IMG/VR virus record: IMGVR_UViG_3300020473_000023
Span: 32,001-96,000 of that record
Source of the DNA: a virus
Strand: one strand, 5' to 3'
Length of the DNA stretch: 64,000 bases
Positions 37,648 through 46,312 of the stretch are shown one piece after another. Below the pieces are notes generated by a model, which ran no database searches, had not been told where the DNA came from, and saw only the letters and a list, made by a program, of their open reading frames with translations. The translations under genes were made by a program, and so were the position numbers. How positions within the stretch are numbered: the stretch's first letter is position 1; every line of letters starts with the position of its first letter.

Positions 37648-38454
37648 TTACTCCTGTACTTCTGGAACCCAGTGGGTGGTTCTTCCATCTTTTGTTTTTT
37701 CTTTTATGACAGTGTTTCCGTGCGGATCTGTCTTTTGATTATAAACCAAAAACCTTTGACTGTATTCTCCTATCTCTCCTTCAAATCCAGAATATGTACT
37801 AATTGTAGCACCTCCTGTATCATAGGACGCCCTTATTGTCTTCTTGATGCTTTCATTTAAAAGAATGATCTCTTGATCTGAGAGAGATTTGCATGCCCTG
37901 TGGGGTGAGATTTTTGAAATGTAAAGAGATTCTGCTTTAAGATAGTTTCCAACCCCGGATATCACAGACTGATCCATTACAGCTTGGGCAATTGTCTTTT
38001 TATTGCACGCTCTAATTCTTCTTAAAAAGTCATCATTCTTAACATCGTCATTTAGCATGTCAGGCCCTAGAGAGTTTAACTTATTAATTAAAAGATCTTT
38101 TCCCCTTACAATCTTTAAAGTTCCAAAGTTTCTAATATCGTTAAAAAAAATAGACTCTCCGCCTAGACAAATCTTGACCCTTGAGTGCTTGTTGCGGGTT
38201 CCCGACCACGTCCCAGACATTCCCAGTGTATTCCAAATAGCCCATTCATTTTCAAGAATTATAAAGATAAACTTTCCATGACACCCAGCACCTGCAATTT
38301 TCAATGGAAGTTCATGTAAAATACTATCAAAACCGTCGGGCGGACCGTGATTCTTATATCTACCAGATAAAATCTCAATGCCATCTAGAGATTTCCCCCC
38401 AACTCTTTCAGCAAGAGATTCAGCAATTCTTCTAACTTCTGGGCCTTCTGGAAT
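37648..38454 (-). CDS. Fpg/Nei DNA glycosylase with zincless finger (ATT start)
   Basis: In-frame extension gives (M)PEGPEVR. Also GK, LGMSG, DIRNFG, LGPD, H2TH DQ..ISGVGNYL, GRTTHW.P..Q. Confidence 0.92.
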   Translation of the reverse strand: MPEGPEVRRIAESLAERVGGKSLDGIEILSGRYKNHGPPDGFDSILHELPLKIAGAGCHGKFIFIILENEWAIWNTLGMSGTWSGTRNKHSRVKICLGGESIFFNDIRNFGTLKIVRGKDLLINKLNSLGPDMLNDDVKNDDFLRRIRACNKKTIAQAVMDQSVISGVGNYLKAESLYISKISPHRACKSLSDQEIILLNESIKKTIRASYDTGGATISTYSGFEGEIGEYSQRFLVYNQKTDPHGNTVIKEKTKDGRTTHWVPEVQE

Positions 38455-38473
38455 GACACACCTCCTACTTAGT

Positions 38474-38501
38474 AGTATAATTTATATCAGGAGCTTGTTC
38501 A
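38474..38501 (-). promoter_or_regulatory. Class A promoter TGAACA-N16-TATACT
   Basis: Upstream of the Fpg/Nei SD AGGAGG. Confidence 0.55.
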
Positions 38502-39161
38502 ATGAAAAGAATCATAGTTTCGGACACACACATAGGGACTAGATTCTATAAGTCTGAAGAGCTTTTAAAGTTTCTTAAAACAGAGGAGTTTGATCAGCTC
38601 ATACTTGCAGGCGATATCATAGACTTTATTAAGATACCGACATTTACTGAGAGGTGTATGGAGATCTTGGAGGCAATTGGAAAAAACAAGGAAATCATAT
38701 ACGTCGTAGGAAATCATGATGAAAGCCTGGTTGGATTAATTGGTAGGCAATTTTTTAATATTAAATTTGTTAAGAAGTATGAGTTTCAAGAGGGAAAGAG
38801 AAAGTTTAGAATAGAGCACGGAGATGACTATGACAAGGGTGTAATTCACAATAGAGTCTTTATTAAGCTCCTATCAGTTATTCAAAATATGCTAGAATTT
38901 GCATTTAACTTTGACTTCACAACGTGGTGGACGTCGATTCAAATTAAAAGGCATAAGCTGAGGAGTGTTATTCATATCCTTAGACATCACCCAAATATTG
39001 ATGTATTTATAATGGGACATACACACATACCTGAAGCAGTTATCTGGATAGACGAAGATCAAAATATTAAAACATATATCAATGCAGGTGACTGGGTTAC
39101 ACACCAGACATATGTTACAGTAGTTAACGGCGTGTCTAGACTAAGAAAGTTTGAATCTTAG
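38502..39161 (+). CDS. Calcineurin-like metallophosphoesterase (LpxH-like)
   Basis: SDTH, GDIID, GNHD, HGD, GHTH, NAGDW. Confidence 0.88.
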   Translation: MKRIIVSDTHIGTRFYKSEELLKFLKTEEFDQLILAGDIIDFIKIPTFTERCMEILEAIGKNKEIIYVVGNHDESLVGLIGRQFFNIKFVKKYEFQEGKRKFRIEHGDDYDKGVIHNRVFIKLLSVIQNMLEFAFNFDFTTWWTSIQIKRHKLRSVIHILRHHPNIDVFIMGHTHIPEAVIWIDEDQNIKTYINAGDWVTHQTYVTVVNGVSRLRKFES

Positions 39162-39588
39162 ATTTTTCTTCATTCTCTCTAAGCCAGCCGTGATAGTCGT
39201 TAAGGGCGTGGTCTCTTGGCTCAACATTTCTCCAGTCACCTAAGCAAAATATCCTGTAAGCATCAGAAGCATACTTTCCTATTCCATACAGAACTTCTGG
39301 ACTATTTCTCCAGTCTTTTGTTAGGTAATCATTAGACATTCTAATAAGTGTCTTAGATCGTCTCTGAGACAATCCGAGCGGTTGAATCATATTCTGCAAT
39401 TTTTTTTGATTTGCACATGCTGCCTTTTCAGGGGTAGGGTAAAGATCAAAAAACTTCCACATATAAGGTTCCGATTCAACCCTTTTTGTTAGATTGCAGA
39501 ATATACAGGCTACAAATATCTTCCAGGGGTCTTTCCAGAGACTCTCTTGAATTAAGTTATACGGTGACTTCGGGGGCATCCATGTCAT
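39136..39588 (-). CDS. MBD4-like HhH mismatch DNA glycosylase
   Basis: PPKSPYNLIQE.L..DPWK, LYGIGKYASDAYRIFC, P.DH.L..Y..WL. Confidence 0.88.
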   Translation of the reverse strand: MTWMPPKSPYNLIQESLWKDPWKIFVACIFCNLTKRVESEPYMWKFFDLYPTPEKAACANQKKLQNMIQPLGLSQRRSKTLIRMSNDYLTKDWRNSPEVLYGIGKYASDAYRIFCLGDWRNVEPRDHALNDYHGWLRENEEKSKIQTFLV

Positions 39589-39766
39589 TGTCATCTCCAG
39601 TATTATCATACTGAAGCAGATCTCTGTTGTTCAAGCTCTTCTTTTGAACTATCCTGTCTGAAATAGCACATGCTAGTTCGAGAAATGTGTTTCCAATAAA
39701 ATTTATGACTAGAGATAGAATCACCATAAAGACAATTACGATAATTATCGACGGAATCTGTGTCAT
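39557..39766 (-). CDS. Small membrane protein
   Basis: N-terminal hydrophobic helix. Confidence 0.45.
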   Translation of the reverse strand: MTQIPSIIIVIVFMVILSLVINFIGNTFLELACAISDRIVQKKSLNNRDLLQYDNTGDDNDMDAPEVTV

Positions 39767-39768
39767 TT

Positions 39769-40503
39769 TTAATCTTCCTCTTTATCATGACTAGGTATGT
39801 CGGAAACATTCTTAAATTTTTTTCTCGCCCATGCGATTGACTTCCCTGGGTGCTTTCTGGATCTCTTCTTTCCCTTTTTTCGATTAGCTTCAGACCCTGT
39901 CCACCCTCTCATGTCAATAAACTTCTTTAAAATTGACTGTCTCATGTCATCATCAGCGTGTGCCCACTGCCAATACAGACTATTTTTTATTGTGACAATT
40001 TCACCCTTTGTGAATTTAATTTTAGCCTTTATGACAGATATCTGATCTTCATCAATGTCTCCTACTTCTATCCCAAGTTGAAAAGCTGTCTCAAGAAGGC
40101 CAGAATACGATTTTTTATTATATGACTCAACAGTCTTTTCATAGATGTCTTTTAAATTTTTCTTTCTAGATTCTCTTAGATTTTTTGGAAAATGATCTGG
40201 GTGTGTTTCTTTGACAATTTCTCTAAAAATCTTTTTTGCCCAGGCAGGATGCGCCGTCTTATCAGAAGTACATGCGGCTTCTTGAACTGTGGGAGTGCTA
40301 TCGTGATCACTAGTCTGTGGAGGGCTATCTGTATTTTTATCTAATGCGCTATCAAAAACGTTTAAATCGTAGTGAAGCTGTCGAATTGCATTATTAAATT
40401 CTAATTTTGCCTTCTCAAAAATAGAGCTACATTCACTAAGCTCCTCTTCAAGATACTTCATTTGGAACAAGAGCTTTCTTGCTGTTCTTTCTGGAGATCT
40501 CAC
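39769..40503 (-). CDS. J-domain-like protein
   Basis: KKIFREIVKETHPD followed by helix III. Confidence 0.65.
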   Translation of the reverse strand: MRSPERTARKLLFQMKYLEEELSECSSIFEKAKLEFNNAIRQLHYDLNVFDSALDKNTDSPPQTSDHDSTPTVQEAACTSDKTAHPAWAKKIFREIVKETHPDHFPKNLRESRKKNLKDIYEKTVESYNKKSYSGLLETAFQLGIEVGDIDEDQISVIKAKIKFTKGEIVTIKNSLYWQWAHADDDMRQSILKKFIDMRGWTGSEANRKKGKKRSRKHPGKSIAWARKKFKNVSDIPSHDKEED

Positions 40504-40511
40504 CTATGATC

Positions 40512-40751
40512 TCATTTTAAAGATCTTAAAGCATGTGAGACAGTGATTAAATCTTCATATAGCAAATAAGGCCACACAGGGCTTAACAAAAGATGTCTTC
40601 TGGCTCTAAGCTGCCTATCTTTTGATAATAACTTTAAATCTCTTGACTTAGAAGTTTCTAGAATGTGATGATAATCAACTATCTCTCTAATTGAAGCTAA
40701 AAGATAAAAAAATGCAATAAAAAAATAAACAATTAACATTGACTGTATCAT
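40512..40751 (-). CDS. Small membrane protein
   Basis: TM helix, WPY motif. Confidence 0.5.
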   Translation of the reverse strand: MIQSMLIVYFFIAFFYLLASIREIVDYHHILETSKSRDLKLLSKDRQLRARRHLLLSPVWPYLLYEDLITVSHALRSLK

Positions 40752-40773
40752 AGACTCGCTCCTCCGAATACAA

Positions 40774-41343
40774 TTATTTAATCATATTTCTAATTAGATT
40801 TCTTATCTGATTTTCAGATAAATCTTTCATACTAACTTCATCACGCTTAGAAGCGTTTTTCCTTTCAGCCAGCTTCTCTCTTTTTTGAGAAGGAGGTGGT
40901 TTAACGACCTTGACGACAGGAGGATGACTTCCTGTCTCACTTATTAGGCTTCCAGCTGTGGGTGACTTCCCTCCTTTCCTTACTGTGGTTCCAATAAGCT
41001 GAGCCGACGCAGATCTAACGGGTCTTTTCTTTCTACTAACTGCTTCAGCTGTCACCCTTACTGACTTTTCAAAGTTAACTTCAAGCTCAAGTGGGACAAA
41101 GACTCGGTCATCAACTATAACTTCTAATCCAGAATTATAAGAGCCCTCTCTTAAAACTTTTTCAAGCGGGGGTACAGTAACATTGACTGTGCCGTCTCTC
41201 TCTATTTCTCCTGGAAAGGCAAAAGACATTTCTTGACCTTCAATCAAAAATCTGCAGGATGGATGAGCGGGAGAGCTCCCCTCGATATTTACCTGAAATG
41301 TTATTTCATTATTGTTGTCTAAAGATAGATCTATGGAGCTCAT
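40774..41343 (-). CDS. Hypothetical protein
   Basis: Beta-rich N-domain (LEVIVDDRVFVP), C-terminal SENQIRNLIRNMI helix. Confidence 0.6.
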   Translation of the reverse strand: MSSIDLSLDNNNEITFQVNIEGSSPAHPSCRFLIEGQEMSFAFPGEIERDGTVNVTVPPLEKVLREGSYNSGLEVIVDDRVFVPLELEVNFEKSVRVTAEAVSRKKRPVRSASAQLIGTTVRKGGKSPTAGSLISETGSHPPVVKVVKPPPSQKREKLAERKNASKRDEVSMKDLSENQIRNLIRNMIK

Positions 41344-41344
41344 T

Positions 41345-41701
41345 TTATATTATTCCTTTTGCAACATTTAGTACGTTTATAACTATCTTATAGGCGGGCT
41401 TATAGACATTAGAAACTGCAAAGTTATTGATAGAGACCATGATTTCTTTGCTTCTATTTATTGAACCCCTTTTTGTACTTGTTACAGGATAGATGAATTC
41501 TTCACCATTTACAGATATTAAAGAGACAGTCACCTTGTAGGTATCGACTACCTCACCGGCGAATCGGATCGATTCACGGGTAGCTTTTTTAACAGTCTGC
41601 GCTGTGTATGTGGCAATCGCCTCAACAGCCCGGATGACTACACCCTGGCCTCTGGTTATTAACCCTCCGCCTTCACCGAAACCACGGGAGAGAATGGACA
41701 T
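41345..41701 (-). CDS. Hypothetical protein
   Basis: Packed ORF. Confidence 0.55.
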   Translation of the reverse strand: MSILSRGFGEGGGLITRGQGVVIRAVEAIATYTAQTVKKATRESIRFAGEVVDTYKVTVSLISVNGEEFIYPVTSTKRGSINRSKEIMVSINNFAVSNVYKPAYKIVINVLNVAKGII

Positions 41702-41706
41702 TTAGA

Positions 41707-42138
41707 CTAGTCCAGTCTATTTCTTTCAAAAACGTTCTCAACAGAAGGAGATCCGTCACTTCCTGACATTCCGAATTGCGCAACTACAGTTTGATTATCA
41801 TCTGCATAAAAAGTCATAACCTTTGTAGTCTTATCCAGCTTCCACTTTCCCCCTTCAATGTTCTTAATAAAGTTTATCTGTTCAGGCTGAGGATTGTACT
41901 CTTCAGTTGCGTAAACAGGAGAATCTCCCCCTGTATCCCATAGAATTGATCCCTTAAAGTCAGCAGAAAAATATACACTTGCGCTATAGATTCCCGTACC
42001 TGCAAGAATTTCACCGACACCAGATGTCACCCTAGAGCCGCTTAGTGCTCCAGTAGAGCTAAACAGCCTATACCCAACTGTGGTAAGTCCTGTTAGACCT
42101 GATCCAAAATTAACATTTTTGACTAAAGTAATGGGCAT
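41707..42138 (-). CDS. Putative virion protein
   Basis: Gly/Ser/Thr-rich beta protein. Confidence 0.5.
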   Translation of the reverse strand: MPITLVKNVNFGSGLTGLTTVGYRLFSSTGALSGSRVTSGVGEILAGTGIYSASVYFSADFKGSILWDTGGDSPVYATEEYNPQPEQINFIKNIEGGKWKLDKTTKVMTFYADDNQTVVAQFGMSGSDGSPSVENVFERNRLD

Positions 42139-42261
42139 ATAATTTCACATCTTTAAAATAGACAACGACTTCTTACTCATGTGCTGTAATATTTTCAACT
42201 TCAGAATTTCTAACTGTCTTTATGCGTTGAGGTTTTTCACCTATCTTTCTTATTTTTTTTT

Positions 42262-42690
42262 TTAGGAAGTGCCTGCCCTTGCCATTCTGGCTGTTGGAGA
42301 AACACTCTCTTCCTTTTCTTTCTCTGCCTCTTGTTGTGCCTTTATCAAAATATCTTCTCTCTTAGCAGCAGCCTCTAAGATCATCTCATCAAGAACTTCT
42401 ACCTGGCATTCGACCTTCATGAGATAATCATTCTCATTAGACTTTAAATCTATCAAGACAGTTAAGATGTTGTTTGAAAATGTCTCGACATACTTGGCAA
42501 GGTCTTCATTGGTCTCTTTAACTCTTAAAACCTCTTCAACACAAGCTGTCTTCACACTCTCAAATGCTGTCTCAAGGCCAGCAATAGAAGTTCTAGAACT
42601 AGATAGTTCTCTTTTACTATCTCTATTTTCAACTAATTCTGAGATTAATCTCTCAAGATACTTACTTTCGAATTCCACTTTGCACCTCAA
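42262..42690 (-). CDS. Coiled-coil hypothetical protein (possibly frameshifted near its end)
   Basis: Helical ORF. The -1 frame stays open to 42173. Confidence 0.55.
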   Translation of the reverse strand: MRCKVEFESKYLERLISELVENRDSKRELSSSRTSIAGLETAFESVKTACVEEVLRVKETNEDLAKYVETFSNNILTVLIDLKSNENDYLMKVECQVEVLDEMILEAAAKREDILIKAQQEAEKEKEESVSPTARMARAGTS

Positions 42691-42751
42691 TTATTTGCTG
42701 GAATGTACATAGAATATTACTGCAGCTTATTATTAAATTAAACCCAAACTT

Positions 42752-42788
42752 AAACAAAAAATGGGGGACCCCAAAAAGAGGTCCCCCA
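42752..42788 (-). terminator. Rho-independent terminator
   Basis: TGGGGGACC...GGTCCCCCA hairpin followed by TTTTTTGTTT on the minus strand. Confidence 0.85.
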
Positions 42789-42813
42789 AAAATATCTTCT
42801 AGCCTAGTTTAGA

Positions 42814-45800
42814 TCATGCCCAGACGACGAATGTAAGAATATCATCTGCCTGAACAGCGAATTCAAACTTAACTCTACCGGCTGAACCACCTGGGTACCA
42901 GTCACCGTTAGAAGCAGCGTCGTTTCCGGCAGTCATAAGCTGACCGTTGACATAAACTTCCTTAGCGGCTATACCAGCATTTGTCCAAGTTGCACCGAGA
43001 CCTGTATTGACGTCTGCGTTAGCACTTGCTGCTGTACCGGAAAGAATAGCCTTCTGCCTCTTAGAGATGACGTACGTTGCCATGTCTGATGCCGGCTGAA
43101 GCTTGGATGTTCCACCATCATTGACGAAGATACCATCACCATCAGCAAGTGTGATTGAACCACCAACTGAAGTTCCTCCATCTAGAAGGTTGATTTCTCC
43201 AGCAGTTGAAGTGATAACAGTTCCGCCGTAAGAAAGCTTAGCAGCAGTGAAATCAGCTACGTGGCTAGAGTCGATGGTGAAAGCAGTTGTTGAACCATGA
43301 GCAGCACCGAGACCAAACTCGAGCTTATCTGTTCCATCATCAAGTCCGATACGATAGTCCTGAGCGTTTCCGTCAAAGACCAGCATTGTATCTTCAGCAC
43401 CAGCATCACCGAGTACAAGCTTTGGATTTGTACCAGCAATAACAACACCAGCAGCAGGCTGATGAATGCGAAGCTGATCTGTTCCATTCTCATCATACTC
43501 AATGCCGGCATCACCAGCGTCACCAAACTCAATCTTGACATCATCGCTGATTCTTAGACTAGCACCGGCATAAAGAAGAACATCGTTACCGTCTTCATCG
43601 TACTCGAATGAAGCATCATTTCCGTTACCGAAGACAAGCTTCTTATCATCAGCAATGTTAATACCTGTTGCATTCATAGCGTAGAGGTCATTTCCGCCAA
43701 GCTCGAATGTAATAGTATCATCCGCTGAAGCGCGAATTGATGTGTCATCATCAGCATCAAGATCAATACGACCTGTTCCACCCATGCTGATTGAACCCTG
43801 ACCGTTTAGATCAATTGCATCAACATATAGGTTGGCCCAAGCTGTACCAGAAGCACCAAGTGAATCAGCTGAATCGCTGTTTGGAACGACATTACCGTCA
43901 ACCTTTAGCTCACCACCTGCAGGGTCAATAACAACATCAGCACCGGCAATGATCTTAAGATCAGTGTCAACGTCGATGTAATCACTAGCGCTATCAATCT
44001 CAAGACGATCAACTCGTGTGTTACCACCGGCGGCAACGAGAAGGTTGTTTGTCTGTGTAAGAGTAAAGTCGCCATTATCCCAATTAATAACACCACCTTC
44101 CGCGAGATAGAGATCTGACCATCTCTCATTAGCATCACCAAGAGTAGCACCATCATCGCTTATTGGCTTGAGGTGACCGGTCTTGAGGGGAACACCTGCC
44201 TGAGGTGCGCCCATTGATCCTGATGAAGGAGATGCTGCGAAAGTTCCAAATTCAAACTCTGAATTTGAAGCATCATAATTGATAGCAGGAAGGAATGAAT
44301 GGACCGCTGCTCCTCTTGCGAAGATGATAGCTCTATCGCCAGTATTGTTCCAGTCTTCATTTAGTGATCCTGAGACACCGAGTCCGATGATTGAGTCCTG
44401 GAATACTGTGTTGGATGACGAAACTGTCGTTGTTGAACCCTGAACAATGAAGTCACCTTGAACAGTTAGATTTCCACTAATGTCTGCAGCACCGTTGATG
44501 TCAATAAGAGTAGAATCAAGATTGATCTCATCTGTAGCAGCAACAGTTAGCTGGGCAGCTGTGTTTCCATGAATGTACTGAGTAGCATCATTAAATTCAA
44601 TCTTCTTGGTTGAAGCCATGAGTAGTGAATCAGCAGAGCCATCAAGTCTGAAGATTTCTGTCCCGCCTGCATCCTTAACAATAAGATCTCCACCGGCTGA
44701 CATATCAAGTGACCCGTGAAGGGTACCAGCCTTCTTGAAGTCAATCATGTCTCCACCAGCATCGATAATAATATCATCACTAGCGTCAAGAACGATGTCA
44801 CCACCACCGACGGCGATTGTCATATCTGTTCCATCTGAGGAGATCTTGTCATCGTGACCTGTTCCATCGAATGCTAGAGGAATATTAGCAGGAACCTCAA
44901 CGAAACCACCAGCTGTCAGCTTAATATCTGTACCACCGGCAATTGTGAGGTCAGTTCCATCACTCTGAAGATATTCACCACCTTCGTCATATAGGAACAT
45001 CTTACCGCGTGTAGCTGACAGACGAATTTGCTCTTGCCCAGCTTGATTTTGGAAGACGAGGTCGTCTGAGGCAACCTGAAGCTTTACAATGATCTCACCA
45101 GCTGTTCCATCCATGTCAAGAGCAAGCTGTGCTGTTCCGCCATCTTCAAATGAGATATCACCAGAGTCAGAATCGATCTTAACAGTCGTAGCAGCATCAA
45201 GCTCAATTGTTCCATCTGACCCAGCTAGAAGTCTAGCATCTGCTGGCTGATGAACGAATGTGCCTGTGTCACCGACATGAAGCTTCATTGTGCTGTTGAG
45301 TGTAACACCGGCATTGTGAACGTGCGTCAGTGTGACATCAGAATCATCACCCATCTTAAGAATGACACCATCATCCTGAAGATCGAGAACAGGTGAGTCA
45401 ACAATGACAGAGCCATCAGCTTCAATTTCAAGATTTGAATCTGAAACTTGCTTGATGTGTGTAGCAGAGTCACCGAACTGAAGCTGACGTGATGAGTTCA
45501 GAAGAACACCTGTATCAGCAACGTGAGTTAGCTTGACATCCTGATCTGCACCAAGATTGACAACACCTCCATCAGCGAGGAAGAGGTCTGACCACTCCTT
45601 GTCTGCAGCACCGAGAGCAGCACCGTTTGCTGATGCTGGGAATATGCTTGTTGAAAATGCTCCAGAGGCTGCTGAAGTAAATGTTGCAGCGCCGTGAATT
45701 CTCTTAATAGAGGAAGCCATGTGATTTAGAATATCACCTAGATCATCTAGAGCAAGACTTGTAGAAGCTGCAGCTGATTCGGAGTCGGTTGGAATAGACC

Positions 45801-45840
45801 CTGAGATCTGACCCAACCTTACTTTTGTTTTTAAAGCCAT
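42814..45840 (-). CDS. Tail-fibre-like virion protein with internal repeats
   Basis: G/D/S/T-rich, repeated WSDL.LA.GGV, DV.LTHV...G and FG...DA...YDE.G.D.L. Confidence 0.7.
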   Translation of the reverse strand: MALKTKVRLGQISGSIPTDSESAAASTSLALDDLGDILNHMASSIKRIHGAATFTSAASGAFSTSIFPASANGAALGAADKEWSDLFLADGGVVNLGADQDVKLTHVADTGVLLNSSRQLQFGDSATHIKQVSDSNLEIEADGSVIVDSPVLDLQDDGVILKMGDDSDVTLTHVHNAGVTLNSTMKLHVGDTGTFVHQPADARLLAGSDGTIELDAATTVKIDSDSGDISFEDGGTAQLALDMDGTAGEIIVKLQVASDDLVFQNQAGQEQIRLSATRGKMFLYDEGGEYLQSDGTDLTIAGGTDIKLTAGGFVEVPANIPLAFDGTGHDDKISSDGTDMTIAVGGGDIVLDASDDIIIDAGGDMIDFKKAGTLHGSLDMSAGGDLIVKDAGGTEIFRLDGSADSLLMASTKKIEFNDATQYIHGNTAAQLTVAATDEINLDSTLIDINGAADISGNLTVQGDFIVQGSTTTVSSSNTVFQDSIIGLGVSGSLNEDWNNTGDRAIIFARGAAVHSFLPAINYDASNSEFEFGTFAASPSSGSMGAPQAGVPLKTGHLKPISDDGATLGDANERWSDLYLAEGGVINWDNGDFTLTQTNNLLVAAGGNTRVDRLEIDSASDYIDVDTDLKIIAGADVVIDPAGGELKVDGNVVPNSDSADSLGASGTAWANLYVDAIDLNGQGSISMGGTGRIDLDADDDTSIRASADDTITFELGGNDLYAMNATGINIADDKKLVFGNGNDASFEYDEDGNDVLLYAGASLRISDDVKIEFGDAGDAGIEYDENGTDQLRIHQPAAGVVIAGTNPKLVLGDAGAEDTMLVFDGNAQDYRIGLDDGTDKLEFGLGAAHGSTTAFTIDSSHVADFTAAKLSYGGTVITSTAGEINLLDGGTSVGGSITLADGDGIFVNDGGTSKLQPASDMATYVISKRQKAILSGTAASANADVNTGLGATWTNAGIAAKEVYVNGQLMTAGNDAASNGDWYPGGSAGRVKFEFAVQADDILTFVVWA

Positions 45841-45873
45841 TATAGTTTTCCTTTGTTTGTAGATTATTGGCTT

Positions 45874-45956
45874 TGTCAGTTTGCAACGTGCAAATCTGAC
45901 ACATAACCTAACGTGCCTTTAACGAAACGTGACTATAACATTAACGAAAACTAACT
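45874..45956. repeat. Hairpin plus array of TAAC/AACG short repeats in the 5' leader of the fibre gene
   Basis: TGTCAG-TTTGCA-acg-TGCAAA-t-CTGACA hairpin, six TAAC, three AACGTG. Confidence 0.6.
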
Positions 45957-45981
45957 TAATATTGAGACTCTAAAAGAGCCA

Positions 45982-46203
45982 TCACCTACTATATATCATC
46001 CTCTTCAAGTTCCTGACGTGATTATCGTAGTCAGAAAACTCAGAATTAAGAAACTCTAATGATAGATTTTGACACTTCTGATCGGGATCAGCAAATGTAA
46101 AATTAAATTTTCCCGACTTCAGTCTTTCCGCCCTAATAAGCTTTACACCCTTCATTAATAAAAAGGCAGCAATAGAGAGGTCTGGGGTTGAATATTCTTT
46201 CAT
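45982..46203 (-). CDS. DUF5659-like small protein
   Basis: YST.DLSIAAFL..KG.KL...F.F.D pattern. Upstream ATACTTAT (46239..46246). Confidence 0.65.
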   Translation of the reverse strand: MKEYSTPDLSIAAFLLMKGVKLIRAERLKSGKFNFTFADPDQKCQNLSLEFLNSEFSDYDNHVRNLKRMIYSR

Positions 46204-46312
46204 CTAGTTAAATTCCAAGGTTGAGTGATATCTCACAAATAAGTATCATTCAACACAATAACTTCAAAAATGAAAGAAAGATTTTCGATAAAAATAAACG
46301 TGGTTCACATAG

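Noticed and set aside
45874-45956. CRISPR array or tRNA
   Set aside because: Repeats are 4-9 nt with irregular spacing, and there is no cloverleaf or T-loop motif
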